Of a stretch of DNA of 64,000 bases, positions 45,214 through 53,897 are shown in pieces. Location: contig CAVUMU010000002.1 in assembly GCA_963742755.1 (NCBI GenBank), positions 108,987-172,986 on the forward strand. Direction: 5' to 3'. Source of the DNA: an uncultured Gemmatimonadales bacterium. Lineage in GTDB: Bacteria; Gemmatimonadota; Gemmatimonadetes; Gemmatimonadales; GWC2-71-9. The notes below the pieces were generated by a model. The model worked only from the letters and a program-made list of their open reading frames with translations, was not told the DNA's origin and did not search any database. The position numbers and the translations under genes are program-made. Numbering within the stretch: the stretch's first letter is position 1; each line of letters begins with the position of its first letter.

Positions 45214-46485
45214 GTAAAACCCCGCCTCATCATACGAGAGATCCAGCAGCTCCACCGGATGAGCGACGCCGATGGGAAGGCGGGCAGCTCGAAGGCCGGC
45301 TCCGATCTGCATCAGGCAGCCGGGGTTGCCGCTGACGATCAGATCGGGCCGGGGTCGGGCTTCCGCCACACTCGCGATCTTGCTCTCGAGCACCGCGCGG
45401 GCCATAGCGGGACGCAGGACGGAATAGATCCCCGCGCTGCCGCAGCAGCGGTCCGAGCCCGGCAGGATCCGAAGTCGTAAACCGGGAACCGCCTCCAGCA
45501 TGGCGAGCGGGGCCCGGTGGACGCGCTGGGCGTGCTGAAGGTGACAAGGGGCGTCGTACGCTACATCCAGGCCGATCGGTGCGCCGGGCCGGGGGCCTCT
45601 CTCGGCCAGTAGCTCGGAGATGTCACGGACCCGGGCCGCCAGTCTTGCCGGCGCACCTGGGCCCAACAGACGTCCGTAGTCCTTGAGCAGCGCCCCGCAC
45701 CCGGCGCTATTCACCACGATGAAGTCTGCCTTCCCCTCGAGAGCCGCGACATTCGCCGCTGCCAGAGACCGAGCGCCACCCACATCTCCCGCATGCTCGT
45801 GCAACGCCCCACAACAGGCCTGGCCCCCGGCCTCGATGACCCGATACCCGTTCACTCGCAGGGTTCGCTTGGTGGCTTCGTGCACGTGGCTGAAAAGCGT
45901 GTTCATCACGCAGCCGCGGAAGAGGACGACAGTCGGAGAGGACGGAGATGGCGGTGAGGATCGGTAGGGATCAGAAGTCGGAGACGGCGCGGCCTTTCTC
46001 TGCTCCGCCTGCTCGGTCATCTCGGACGAGGACGCGAGCATGCCCATCCCGAACCCAAGCCGCCCTTTGCCGGCCAGGACGCTGGGCAGACCAGTGGAGC
46101 GGAGCCCCCGCGCCACGGTAAACAGGGGGCGCCAGAGCTTTCCGTAGCGAAAGACACCAAGGACCAGCCGCGCCAACGAGGAGAGGCCTCGGGCGTGGTA
46201 GATCTGTTCCCGTGCGGCCTCCAGGCCGCGACCATAGCCCACGCCGGAGGGGCAGACCGGCTCGCACCCGCGGCAGCCGAGACATCCCTCGAGGTGATCC
46301 AGCAACCCCGGATCGTGAGGACTCATCTCCCCACGTTCCAGGGCCCGCATCAGCACAATACGACCGCGGGGGCTGTCCCCCTCGTCGCCAGTGACCAGGT
46401 ATGTCGGGCAGGCCGGCAGACAGAACCCGCAATGCACACAGGGATCCAGGGCGGAGTAGCCGTTCCCTGGTTCCACCTTAAGCAT
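45208..46485 (-). CDS. glcF: Glycolate oxidase iron-sulfur subunit
   Basis: 425 aa. Two ferredoxin-type clusters, CVHCGFCLPACPTY and CLGCRGCEPVCPSGV, plus two CCG domains. Confidence 0.85.
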   Translation of the reverse strand: MLKVEPGNGYSALDPCVHCGFCLPACPTYLVTGDEGDSPRGRIVLMRALERGEMSPHDPGLLDHLEGCLGCRGCEPVCPSGVGYGRGLEAAREQIYHARGLSSLARLVLGVFRYGKLWRPLFTVARGLRSTGLPSVLAGKGRLGFGMGMLASSSEMTEQAEQRKAAPSPTSDPYRSSPPSPSSPTVVLFRGCVMNTLFSHVHEATKRTLRVNGYRVIEAGGQACCGALHEHAGDVGGARSLAAANVAALEGKADFIVVNSAGCGALLKDYGRLLGPGAPARLAARVRDISELLAERGPRPGAPIGLDVAYDAPCHLQHAQRVHRAPLAMLEAVPGLRLRILPGSDRCCGSAGIYSVLRPAMARAVLESKIASVAEARPRPDLIVSGNPGCLMQIGAGLRAARLPIGVAHPVELLDLSYDEAGFYG

Positions 46486-47695
46486 CGTTCACCCCTTCCA
46501 GCGCCACACTCAGGCATTGCCCGGGGTCGAAGGTGTCACGCAACCGGCCGACGATCTGGCCAACGCCTTCCCGGTAGGCCCCAAAGTGCCCGATCGCCCG
46601 CCGGACCGCCCAGGGCGCCCTCTCGAGCGTCATGGGGATTTCACGCGCCGCCGCGGCGCGGCGCAGCGCCCGGAGCTGCTCGAGCGGCGCATTGCCTGTC
46701 CAACGGATCATCCCCAGTCCCGCGCCGGCCGAGACCAGGCCCTCGTCGAGGTCATGGGCCAGGAGATCGATCGCTTCGTCGATCCCATCGCCGAGGACGC
46801 CGAGCCGTAGGGTAATGGGGCCGCCAAGACTTCCACGCGCGGCCACGCTCCAGAACGCCGCGGTGCGATCGGCCGGCAACGGCTGCCAGAGCTGCTCGCC
46901 CACCGAGCCCAGCCGACGCACATCGGCCTGGACCGCGGCGTCGGTGCCGACGAATCGGGCGGCAAGCACCCAGTCCGCCTCGGCGGCGAGGGCGGGTGAG
47001 ATCAGCTCCAGGGCGCTGGGCAACAGGTGCGCCGACATCAGCTCGCGCGCGGCGGCCGTCAGTGCGTCGCGAGCGCCCCGCGCCACCAGGGTCACATCGG
47101 CCCGGGGCAGGGCACGGAGCCGGAGATGAACGTCCGCGATGATCCCGAACCCGCCGAAGCCTCCCACCTGGAGCTTGGTGAGATCGTAGCCCGCGACGTT
47201 CTTCACCACCCGGCCGCCGGCGTTGACCAGCCGCCCGTCTCCGGTGGCGACGGTGCAGCCGAGCACGTGGTCTCGCACCGGGCCGTAGCCGTGACGGAGA
47301 GGTCCAGCCGTCGCAGTGGCAATCACCGAGCCGATGCTCCGATCAGGGCGCCCCGGCGGGTCAATAGCGAGCCACATCCCATAATCGGCCAGCCGGCGCC
47401 GCAGCGCCTCGAGCGATGCGCCGCCCTGGACGGTGGCGACCAGGTCGGCCGGGCTGACCGACACGATCTGCTCCAGGGCGCGGGTGCTGACCACCAGGTC
47501 GGCGGGCGCATCCGGGGCCAGCCAGGTCCCTCGGCCTTCCACCCGGATCTTCCAGCTCTCCTCATGCGCCAGACGGCACACGAGCGACAGGGCGTCGCTG
47601 GTGTCCGGGCTGGCGCGGGCCACGCCGTTGGCGTCGCGGTCGACGCCGGCAGTGCCGAGCAGGGCACGAAGACGGGCGTAGATGGCATCGTTCAT
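46478..47695 (-). CDS. glcE: Glycolate oxidase FAD-binding subunit
   Basis: ATG 47695 overlaps the glcD stop (ATGA). FAD_binding_4-type domain. Positioned between glcD and glcF. Confidence 0.8.
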   Translation of the reverse strand: MNDAIYARLRALLGTAGVDRDANGVARASPDTSDALSLVCRLAHEESWKIRVEGRGTWLAPDAPADLVVSTRALEQIVSVSPADLVATVQGGASLEALRRRLADYGMWLAIDPPGRPDRSIGSVIATATAGPLRHGYGPVRDHVLGCTVATGDGRLVNAGGRVVKNVAGYDLTKLQVGGFGGFGIIADVHLRLRALPRADVTLVARGARDALTAAARELMSAHLLPSALELISPALAAEADWVLAARFVGTDAAVQADVRRLGSVGEQLWQPLPADRTAAFWSVAARGSLGGPITLRLGVLGDGIDEAIDLLAHDLDEGLVSAGAGLGMIRWTGNAPLEQLRALRRAAAAREIPMTLERAPWAVRRAIGHFGAYREGVGQIVGRLRDTFDPGQCLSVALEGVNDA

Positions 47696-49113
47696 TGGCG
47701 GGCGCTCCTCACCGCGTGCCATTCACGGCAGGCGTGCACCGGATAAACCTTACCGGGATTCGCTCGTTCTTCCGGGTCGAACACCCGGCGGACAGCGCGC
47801 ATGGCGCCCAGGGTCTGCCCGTCGAAAATCCAGGGCATGTAGTCGAGCTTATCCGACCCGACTCCGTGCTCGCCGGTGATGCTGCCTCCCGCGGCTACGC
47901 AGGCGGCCATGATCTCGCGGCAGGCCAGCTGGACCCGTGCAGTGACCACCGGATCGCGCCGGTCGAAGCTGATGTTCGGGTGAAGATTGCCGTCTCCGGC
48001 ATGGAAGACGTTGCTGATCGTGAGATCGTGATGCTGCCGGATTGCTTCTATCTGGTCCATGATCGCTGGGAGGGCGGAGCGTGGGACCACGGCGTCCTGC
48101 ACCGCGAGGTCCGGAGCGATCCGGCCCATCGCCCCAAATGCCTTCTTCCGCCCCTGCCAGAGTCGTCCCCTGTCAACAGCGGTGGATGCGCTCCTCACCT
48201 CGCGGGCGCCGCACTCGAGGAGGATGTCCTTGACGGTGTGCGCCTCGGCCCCGACGGCATCGGTCTGGCCGTCGAGCTCGACCAGCAGGACCGCCGCCGC
48301 ATCCGTCGGGTAGCCGGCGGCGTAGATGGAAGCTTCTACTGCCGCGACACAGGCCTTATCCATCATCTCGAGTGCTGCGGGTACGATTCCGGCCGCGATG
48401 ATGGCTGATACGGCCTCACTGGCGGCCCGAACGGTGGTAAAGTCGGCTAGCATCGTCCGCACGCTTTCGGGGATCTGCTCCAGCCGGACCGTAATCTCGG
48501 TGGCAATCCCGAACATCCCTTCGCTTCCCACGAACAACCCCACGAGGTCGGGCCCCCAGGCCTCGCCCTGGTCGGATCCGAGCCGCAGCACCGAGCCGTC
48601 GGGGAGAACCACCTCCAGTGCCACGATGTGATTAGTGGTCACTCCGTATTTGAGGCAGTGCGGTCCACCGGCGTTCTCGGCCACGTTGCCTCCGACCGTG
48701 CACGCCGCCTGGCTCGACGGATCCGGTACGTACTGGAGCCCGAGCGGGGCCACGGCTTCGGACAGCCGGGCATTCACGACCCCAGGTTGGACCACTGCCC
48801 TCCGTTGGATCGGATCCACCCGGAGGATGCGATTGAGGCGGGTGAGGGTGATGAGCACCGCGTCCGACTCGGCAAGCGCTCCCCCCGATAACCCGGTGCC
48901 GGCGCCCCGGGCGACGAACGGCACCTGAATGAGGTGCAGCAGGCGGACGATCTCCCGCACCTCGGCGGGGCTCCCCGGCATGATCACGAGGCCGGGCATC
49001 GATTCGTGAGTGGGGAGGCCGTCCATGGCGTAGGTGGCCAGATCGGCACGCCGGTGGCGCACCCACTGGGGTCCAACGATCCGGACCAGCGCATCGATCA
49101 AGGAGGAGTTCAT
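47692..49113 (-). CDS. glcD: Glycolate oxidase subunit GlcD (FAD-linked oxidase)
   Basis: ATG 49113, preceded by AAGGAGGAG. 473 aa. PCMH FAD-binding domain (VPFVARGAGTGLSGGA) and C-terminal GSITGEHGVG. Confidence 0.9.
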   Translation of the reverse strand: MNSSLIDALVRIVGPQWVRHRRADLATYAMDGLPTHESMPGLVIMPGSPAEVREIVRLLHLIQVPFVARGAGTGLSGGALAESDAVLITLTRLNRILRVDPIQRRAVVQPGVVNARLSEAVAPLGLQYVPDPSSQAACTVGGNVAENAGGPHCLKYGVTTNHIVALEVVLPDGSVLRLGSDQGEAWGPDLVGLFVGSEGMFGIATEITVRLEQIPESVRTMLADFTTVRAASEAVSAIIAAGIVPAALEMMDKACVAAVEASIYAAGYPTDAAAVLLVELDGQTDAVGAEAHTVKDILLECGAREVRSASTAVDRGRLWQGRKKAFGAMGRIAPDLAVQDAVVPRSALPAIMDQIEAIRQHHDLTISNVFHAGDGNLHPNISFDRRDPVVTARVQLACREIMAACVAAGGSITGEHGVGSDKLDYMPWIFDGQTLGAMRAVRRVFDPEERANPGKVYPVHACREWHAVRSARQ

Positions 49114-49778
49114 TGGTCCGCGACGATATCGGGGGCGGCGCCGCCTTTGCCGTTGGTGTGTGCCCGTTGGTGAATCTTGAGCGCCCCCTCGACTGCACTG
49201 GTGAGCACCGGCAGCAGCAACAGCAGCGCCTGGAATCGCCGGGTGGTCGATCGTTCCGCGAGCAGCCGGTGCTTCACGCCGGGGTCGCACTCGATTGCTC
49301 CAGCCACCTGAAAGGAGAGACTCAAGGGATCATCGGGCAGCGCCGGCTCTTCCGGTTCCACGTCATTCAGCTGACGCAATCCAGCGAAGTACCGGCTAAA
49401 GAGCGCTCGCAAAATACTCGTCTCTTCTGCTGCAGGCTCGGTGTCCGGATCATCGTCGAAGGTCTGAACCTGGGCAACGAGATACGGGAGAGACTCATTG
49501 AGGAGGCGGCGGAGCACGAATCGCGAGCCGCCCACGACGACGATGTTCGAGCGGCCATCCGGCAGCTCCTGGTTGACGCGCACCTCCGCGACGCAGCCTA
49601 CCGTTCCCGGCTCCGGGACCTCGCGCGCCGGCCCCACCGGGGTGATGCCAAAGCGCCGGTCCGCGGCGAGACAGTCCACCAGCATTCGCTTGTACCGCGG
49701 CTCGAAGATGTGCAGCGGAAGCGGCGTACCAGGGAACAGCACCGCTGTGAGTGGAAAGATGGGAAGCCGGGAAGACAT
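49110..49778 (-). CDS. LON substrate-binding (LonN) domain-only protein
   Basis: 222 aa. LPIFPLTAVLFPGTPLPLHIFEPRYKRM. No AAA or protease domain. 4-nt overlap with the glcD start. Confidence 0.8.
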   Translation of the reverse strand: MSSRLPIFPLTAVLFPGTPLPLHIFEPRYKRMLVDCLAADRRFGITPVGPAREVPEPGTVGCVAEVRVNQELPDGRSNIVVVGGSRFVLRRLLNESLPYLVAQVQTFDDDPDTEPAAEETSILRALFSRYFAGLRQLNDVEPEEPALPDDPLSLSFQVAGAIECDPGVKHRLLAERSTTRRFQALLLLLPVLTSAVEGALKIHQRAHTNGKGGAAPDIVADQ

Positions 49779-49789
49779 GCCGGAATGTA

Positions 49790-49896
49790 GCGGGGCAGCG
49801 GGGCGGCGGGGCAGAAAGGCGATCGGTATCGGAAATCGAAAGGCCGGCTGGATTCCGCCGGCCCTCTTGTCACTGCCCCGCGGCCCCGCCGCTCGC
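49790..49896. repeat. Octamer-array inverted repeat, GCGGGGCA family (arms 49790-49814 and 49873-49896) enclosing a terminator-like hairpin
   Basis: GCGGGGCA GCGGGGCG GCGGGGCA G ... CTGCCCCG CGGCCCCG CCGCTCGC. An inner hairpin GGCCGGC/GCCGGCC (49842-49863) is followed on the minus strand by TTTCGATTTCC, which makes it the likely terminator of the sigma gene. Confidence 0.85.
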
Positions 49897-49901
49897 TTCC
49901 C

Positions 49902-50800
49902 TCAGGCCGCGCCCCAGAACCCCCGGAGCGAGCGCACATCCGGGGAATCTCGCAGCTTCTCGAACGCGCGCTCCCGGATCTGCCGGATGCGCTCGCGAGT
50001 GACCCCAGCAGCGCGCCGATCTTTTCCAGCGTCAGGGCTTCGGATCCCTCCTCGAGACCGTAGTACAGATGAAGAATTTTTCTCTCGCGAGGCGTGAGGT
50101 GCCGTTGAACAGCCGTGTCGATAAATTCGCGCATGAAGTGGAACATCGGTTATCTCCTCGATCTCGATACCGCCGGTTACGCCGGCGAAACGCTCGCCAA
50201 GTGTGCTGGCCTCCCGATCGGACCGCTCCACCGGTGCGTCGAGCGAGATTCGGTTGCGATGTCATGCATGAGCGGAGCGGAACGCCTCGAGCGTATCGTT
50301 GAGCGCGATGGCAATCTCGGCGTCGGTGGGCTCCCGCCTGAGCTCCTGGGCCAGAGAAGCTCTTGGCCCGGGACAGCTGGACCAGCGCGGAATTCTGATT
50401 CAACGGGATCCGGACTGCTGCGAGTCTGCTCCGCAAGGGCCTTCAGCACCGCCTGGCGGACCCACCAGACCGCATAGGAGATGAATTTTACCCCGTGGTC
50501 GGGATCGAATTTCTTGACCGCCTTGAGCAGGCCTTCGTTGCCGATGGCGACCAGTTCGGACAGGTCGAGCCCGTGTCCCTGGTACTTCTTCACGTAGGAG
50601 ATCACGAACCGCAGGTTGGCCGTGACCAGCCGCTCGGCCGCGACCTCGTCACCCGCCAGCGCGCATCTGGCCAGCCGCTTCTCCTCGTCGGGATCGGAGA
50701 TCATCGGGAGCTTCTGGATATCGAGCAGGTATTGATCGAACGCGCCGGAAGGAGTAGAGCGGGCAAACGGCCGGGCTTTCCCGGTACGGACGACGGTCAT
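49902..50800 (-). pseudogene. Sigma-70-family RNA polymerase sigma factor, disrupted by at least 4 frameshifts and an in-frame TGA
   Basis: Conserved sigma regions are readable only by hopping frames. Region 2 (LRFVISYVKKY, FISYAVWWVRQAV) runs 50800 to about 50417. VRIPLNQNSALVQLSRAKSF runs to about 50356. LAQELRREPTDAEIAIALNDTLEAFRSAHA is followed by TGA at 50262-50264. ISLDAPVERSDREASTLGERF...IEEITD runs to about 50145. LTPRERKILHLYYGLEEGSEALTLEKIGALLG runs to about 50005. VTRERIRQIRERAFEKL reaches the stop at 49902. Confidence 0.8.
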
Positions 50801-50873
50801 AGACAACCCCGGCAGAGTTGAAATGCGCTGCGATTATGGCTGCGGTGACCAGACTATTCGGAGAGGATGAGGC

Positions 50874-50902
50874 AATATAGGAATAGCGTTGCGCGCGGTC
50901 AA
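50874..50902 (-). promoter_or_regulatory. Near-consensus sigma-70 promoter (TTGACC-17 nt-TATATT) with an upstream A/T tract
   Basis: On the minus strand: TTGACC (50902..50897), a 17-nt spacer, TATATT (50879..50874), preceded by AAAGATTTTTTTGC. It lies about 75 nt upstream of the sigma gene ATG 50800. Confidence 0.55.
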
Positions 50903-51047
50903 GCAAAAAAATCTTTCCACATCACAAAATGTTACCGGATACAGGCTTCGTGGTTTTATCCACTTTGTGCAGAAACGCCCGGAGTCGCCGGTGGGGCCCC
51001 AATGAGCTGCAAGAGGCTGCAGCCCAACCACATAGCTTCCGTCGGAT

Positions 51048-52145
51048 TCACTCCACCGCTGCGATTGCCGAGCTGATAGCCTCCACCTCAACCGCGGTGG
51101 TCCAGCCGGCCGCCTGATGCATTTCTCCCACCTGAACGGGCAGAGCGAAGTGAACCTGTCCGTTACGATTCTTCTTGTCGATGGCCATGTTCCCGAGCAG
51201 TACGCCCCGGTCCAGGCGGGGAAGCCGCGCAGGCAGACGGAACCGACCGAGCAGAGCGGCAACTCGGTTCCGAAGGCCGGGTGGCGCGATGCCAAGCTGC
51301 TCCGCCAGTTGACACTCGACCACCAGCCCCAGGGCGACGGCCTCGCCGTGGGAGAGCTCGTATCCCGACGCCCGTTCGAGCGCGTGCGCCACGGTATGAC
51401 CGGCGTTGAGAATGGCGCGCTGCCCCGACTCGCGCTCGTCCCCGCTCACGACCCCGGCCTTGATCTCCACACTTCGCCTGATGAGGCGGGTCAGCGGGTC
51501 CATGCCGCGTGAGGAGATCTCGAGCGCGTTGGCCTCCATCCACTCGAAGTATTCCCGATCCGCGATGAGGCCATGCTTCACGGCCTCCGCTAATCCGGCG
51601 CGGAAGTCCCTGTCCGGGAGTGTGGCCAGCGTTTGAGGATCGGCAACCACGGCGGCAGGCGGGTGAAAGGCTCCAACCAGATTCTTGCCTTGGGGCGTAT
51701 CCACTCCCGTCTTGCCGCCGACCGACGCGTCGACCATGGCCAGCAGGGTGGTGGGTACCTGGAGGTACGGCACTCCCCGCATGTACGTGGCAGCCACGAA
51801 GCCTGCAAGATCGCCGGTAACTCCTCCTCCCAACGCGACCAGGCCACTGTCGCGCCCAAAGCCGCGCTCCACGAGCGAATCGGTGAGGAGAGCCCATGAT
51901 TCCCGGGTCTTGGATTTCTCTCCGGCCCCGAAGGTGATCGTCTCTCCGTTCCAGGGGGCTGCTCCCAGCCGACCGTTCCGGTAGAGTTGATGGACCATGT
52001 CGTCCGCGATCATCGCCACGCGCCGCCCTGGCAGGTGCTGGTCCACCAGCTGGTCCAGCCGTGCGAGTGCACCCGGTTCGACGTATACGGGGTAGCGTCC
52101 CAGGGCATGGCTCACCACGACCGGTTGGATCATGTGCTTCCTCAC
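51048..52145 (-). CDS. aroB: 3-dehydroquinate synthase
   Basis: 365 aa. GGGVTGDLAGFVAATYMRG, and NAGHTVAHALE metal site. GTGA overlap with the upstream gene; an internal ATG at 52133 is an alternative start. Confidence 0.9.
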   Translation of the reverse strand: MRKHMIQPVVVSHALGRYPVYVEPGALARLDQLVDQHLPGRRVAMIADDMVHQLYRNGRLGAAPWNGETITFGAGEKSKTRESWALLTDSLVERGFGRDSGLVALGGGVTGDLAGFVAATYMRGVPYLQVPTTLLAMVDASVGGKTGVDTPQGKNLVGAFHPPAAVVADPQTLATLPDRDFRAGLAEAVKHGLIADREYFEWMEANALEISSRGMDPLTRLIRRSVEIKAGVVSGDERESGQRAILNAGHTVAHALERASGYELSHGEAVALGLVVECQLAEQLGIAPPGLRNRVAALLGRFRLPARLPRLDRGVLLGNMAIDKKNRNGQVHFALPVQVGEMHQAAGWTTAVEVEAISSAIAAVE

Positions 52146-52687
52146 CAGGCCGCATCGCTCACGCCGGCGCGGGAGTTCGCCAGCCGAGCGAGGGTGAAGA
52201 GCAAGTCGGAAAGCCGGTTGAGGTAGACCACGAAGAGCTCAGGCACATCGCTCTCGTGCGCCAGGTGCACGACGCTTCGCTCGGCGCGGCGGCAGACCGT
52301 CCGTCCCAGATGTAGCGCCGACGCTTTGGGGGTTCCGGCGGGAAGCACAAAGGCCCTGAGCGGCTGGAGCTCCTGGTCTGCCTCATCGATTGCTCGCTCG
52401 AACTCGCTCACTCGTTCCGGTGAGAGCGTCGCCTTCTCCAGGGCCTTGCGCACCCGCTCAGGATCCGGCGTGGCCAGGTGCCCGCCGATGGAGAAGAGGT
52501 CGCGCTGGATCGACTCGAGCAGCGGATCAAAGAGGGTGACAGGCTCGGTGGCGCGGATAACTCCGATGACAGAATTCAGCTCATCTACATCCCCGTAAGC
52601 CGCGACTCGAGCATGATCCTTGGGCACTCGTCCGCCACCGAACAGCCCAGTCTCGCCGGTGTCACCCGTCCTGGTATAGATCCTCAC
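52142..52687 (-). CDS. PduO-type ATP:cob(I)alamin adenosyltransferase
   Basis: GTG 52687 (GTGA overlap), 181 aa. N-terminus RIYTRTGDTGETGLFGG is diagnostic of the family. Confidence 0.85.
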   Translation of the reverse strand: MRIYTRTGDTGETGLFGGGRVPKDHARVAAYGDVDELNSVIGVIRATEPVTLFDPLLESIQRDLFSIGGHLATPDPERVRKALEKATLSPERVSEFERAIDEADQELQPLRAFVLPAGTPKASALHLGRTVCRRAERSVVHLAHESDVPELFVVYLNRLSDLLFTLARLANSRAGVSDAAW

Positions 52688-53829
52688 TGGCAGGGCGCCT
52701 CCACCTCGGCCGCCGCGACGACCACATTCCCCGCCGGCTGAATGATGCCCCAGATCACACTGCCCTCGGCCACATCGACCTGCTCCATCCACAGGTTATC
52801 ACGGTCAAATCCAAAGTCGCTGATCGGTTGGAGCCGGCGCCAGAAGATGCTGCGTCGGAGGGCGCCATAGGGGGCGAGGCGGCCGCGGCGGAACGAGAGC
52901 ACGGCCGGACGAAAGATGGTCTGTTGCCAGGCGCCTGCGCTGTCCCATGCCATGACGGTGGACGCCAGCAGCGTGTCGTCCCCCGCCGTTATACGTCGCT
53001 CCCGCAGTGAGACAGCAAAGCGGACTCTGCCGGGCGCCGGGCGGAAGGCCATCACGTCTGCGGCATCCACGTCCGATAAAGTGTTGGTCTCGATCCTCGA
53101 ATCAGCCGGACCCCTCAGCACCAGCGACGGAAAGCGGCCGGCGAGCACCGAGTCCATGACCCTGCCGGTTCGGGCGATCAGCTCGTCTGCCAGGCCGGGA
53201 CCGGGGGGCGCGAGCGGCTCCCGCCGGCGAGAGACGACCTTCTTGTCAGGAGCCGAGGAATCGCCGCGCGTCAGAGACCCCAGCACCGGGCCTTGCAGCG
53301 GGGGACCTCGAGCGCTGCGGTCGTGATCCACGATGATCTCCACTTGGGCACCACGCCAGCCACAGGAGCCTCCGCGCAGCAGGATAGCTCGGGGGACGAC
53401 TCCCGTCTGCCCCAGCGGGGAGCCGACCGTCGCCCGCCCGACCTTGGGCGAGCCTGTGGTCCGACGACCCCCGGCGGATCCCAGCGTCACGACACCCTCG
53501 CGCGCCAGCGGTCCCCAGGGCTGGTCAGCCTGGAGGAGGTCTCGTCGGTAGCGCCGCACCAGTCCGGCCACGAGTCCCGTGTCGCTCGAGAGGAGGTGAA
53601 CCGCCCGGCTGGTACCCTCCCCCACGAAGCTTCCCACCAGGTACCCCAGCGAGTCGATCCGCACGTCGCTGGCAACGCTCATCGAGTCCAGCGGCGAGGG
53701 CGGGCGCTCGCGAAACAGCTCGCCCAGAAAACGTCCCGCACTACGGCAGCTGCTCAGGCCTACGGCGGTGCCGAGGACCAGCGGCGCAACGACCAGCAAC
53801 CGGATGTGTCGCGGGGGCATGGCCGTCAA
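52684..53829 (-). CDS. Hypothetical lipoprotein
   Basis: 381 aa. Signal plus lipobox (GTAVGLSSC). First gene of a three-gene overlapped operon. No family recognised. Confidence 0.5.
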   Translation of the reverse strand: MTAMPPRHIRLLVVAPLVLGTAVGLSSCRSAGRFLGELFRERPPSPLDSMSVASDVRIDSLGYLVGSFVGEGTSRAVHLLSSDTGLVAGLVRRYRRDLLQADQPWGPLAREGVVTLGSAGGRRTTGSPKVGRATVGSPLGQTGVVPRAILLRGGSCGWRGAQVEIIVDHDRSARGPPLQGPVLGSLTRGDSSAPDKKVVSRRREPLAPPGPGLADELIARTGRVMDSVLAGRFPSLVLRGPADSRIETNTLSDVDAADVMAFRPAPGRVRFAVSLRERRITAGDDTLLASTVMAWDSAGAWQQTIFRPAVLSFRRGRLAPYGALRRSIFWRRLQPISDFGFDRDNLWMEQVDVAEGSVIWGIIQPAGNVVVAAAEVEAPCQ

Positions 53830-53897
53830 TGTGCCGAGTCCCGGTGCGAAGCGAAAGGGCTTAGATTTTGGCCAGCCAACAGCCCAGAGGAGACGCA

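Noticed and set aside
50262-50264. In-frame TGA in the sigma gene as selenocysteine or programmed read-through.
   Set aside because: The context is a gene with four additional frameshifts. No SECIS-like stem-loop follows immediately, and sigma factors are not known selenoproteins. A lesion or sequence error is far more likely.
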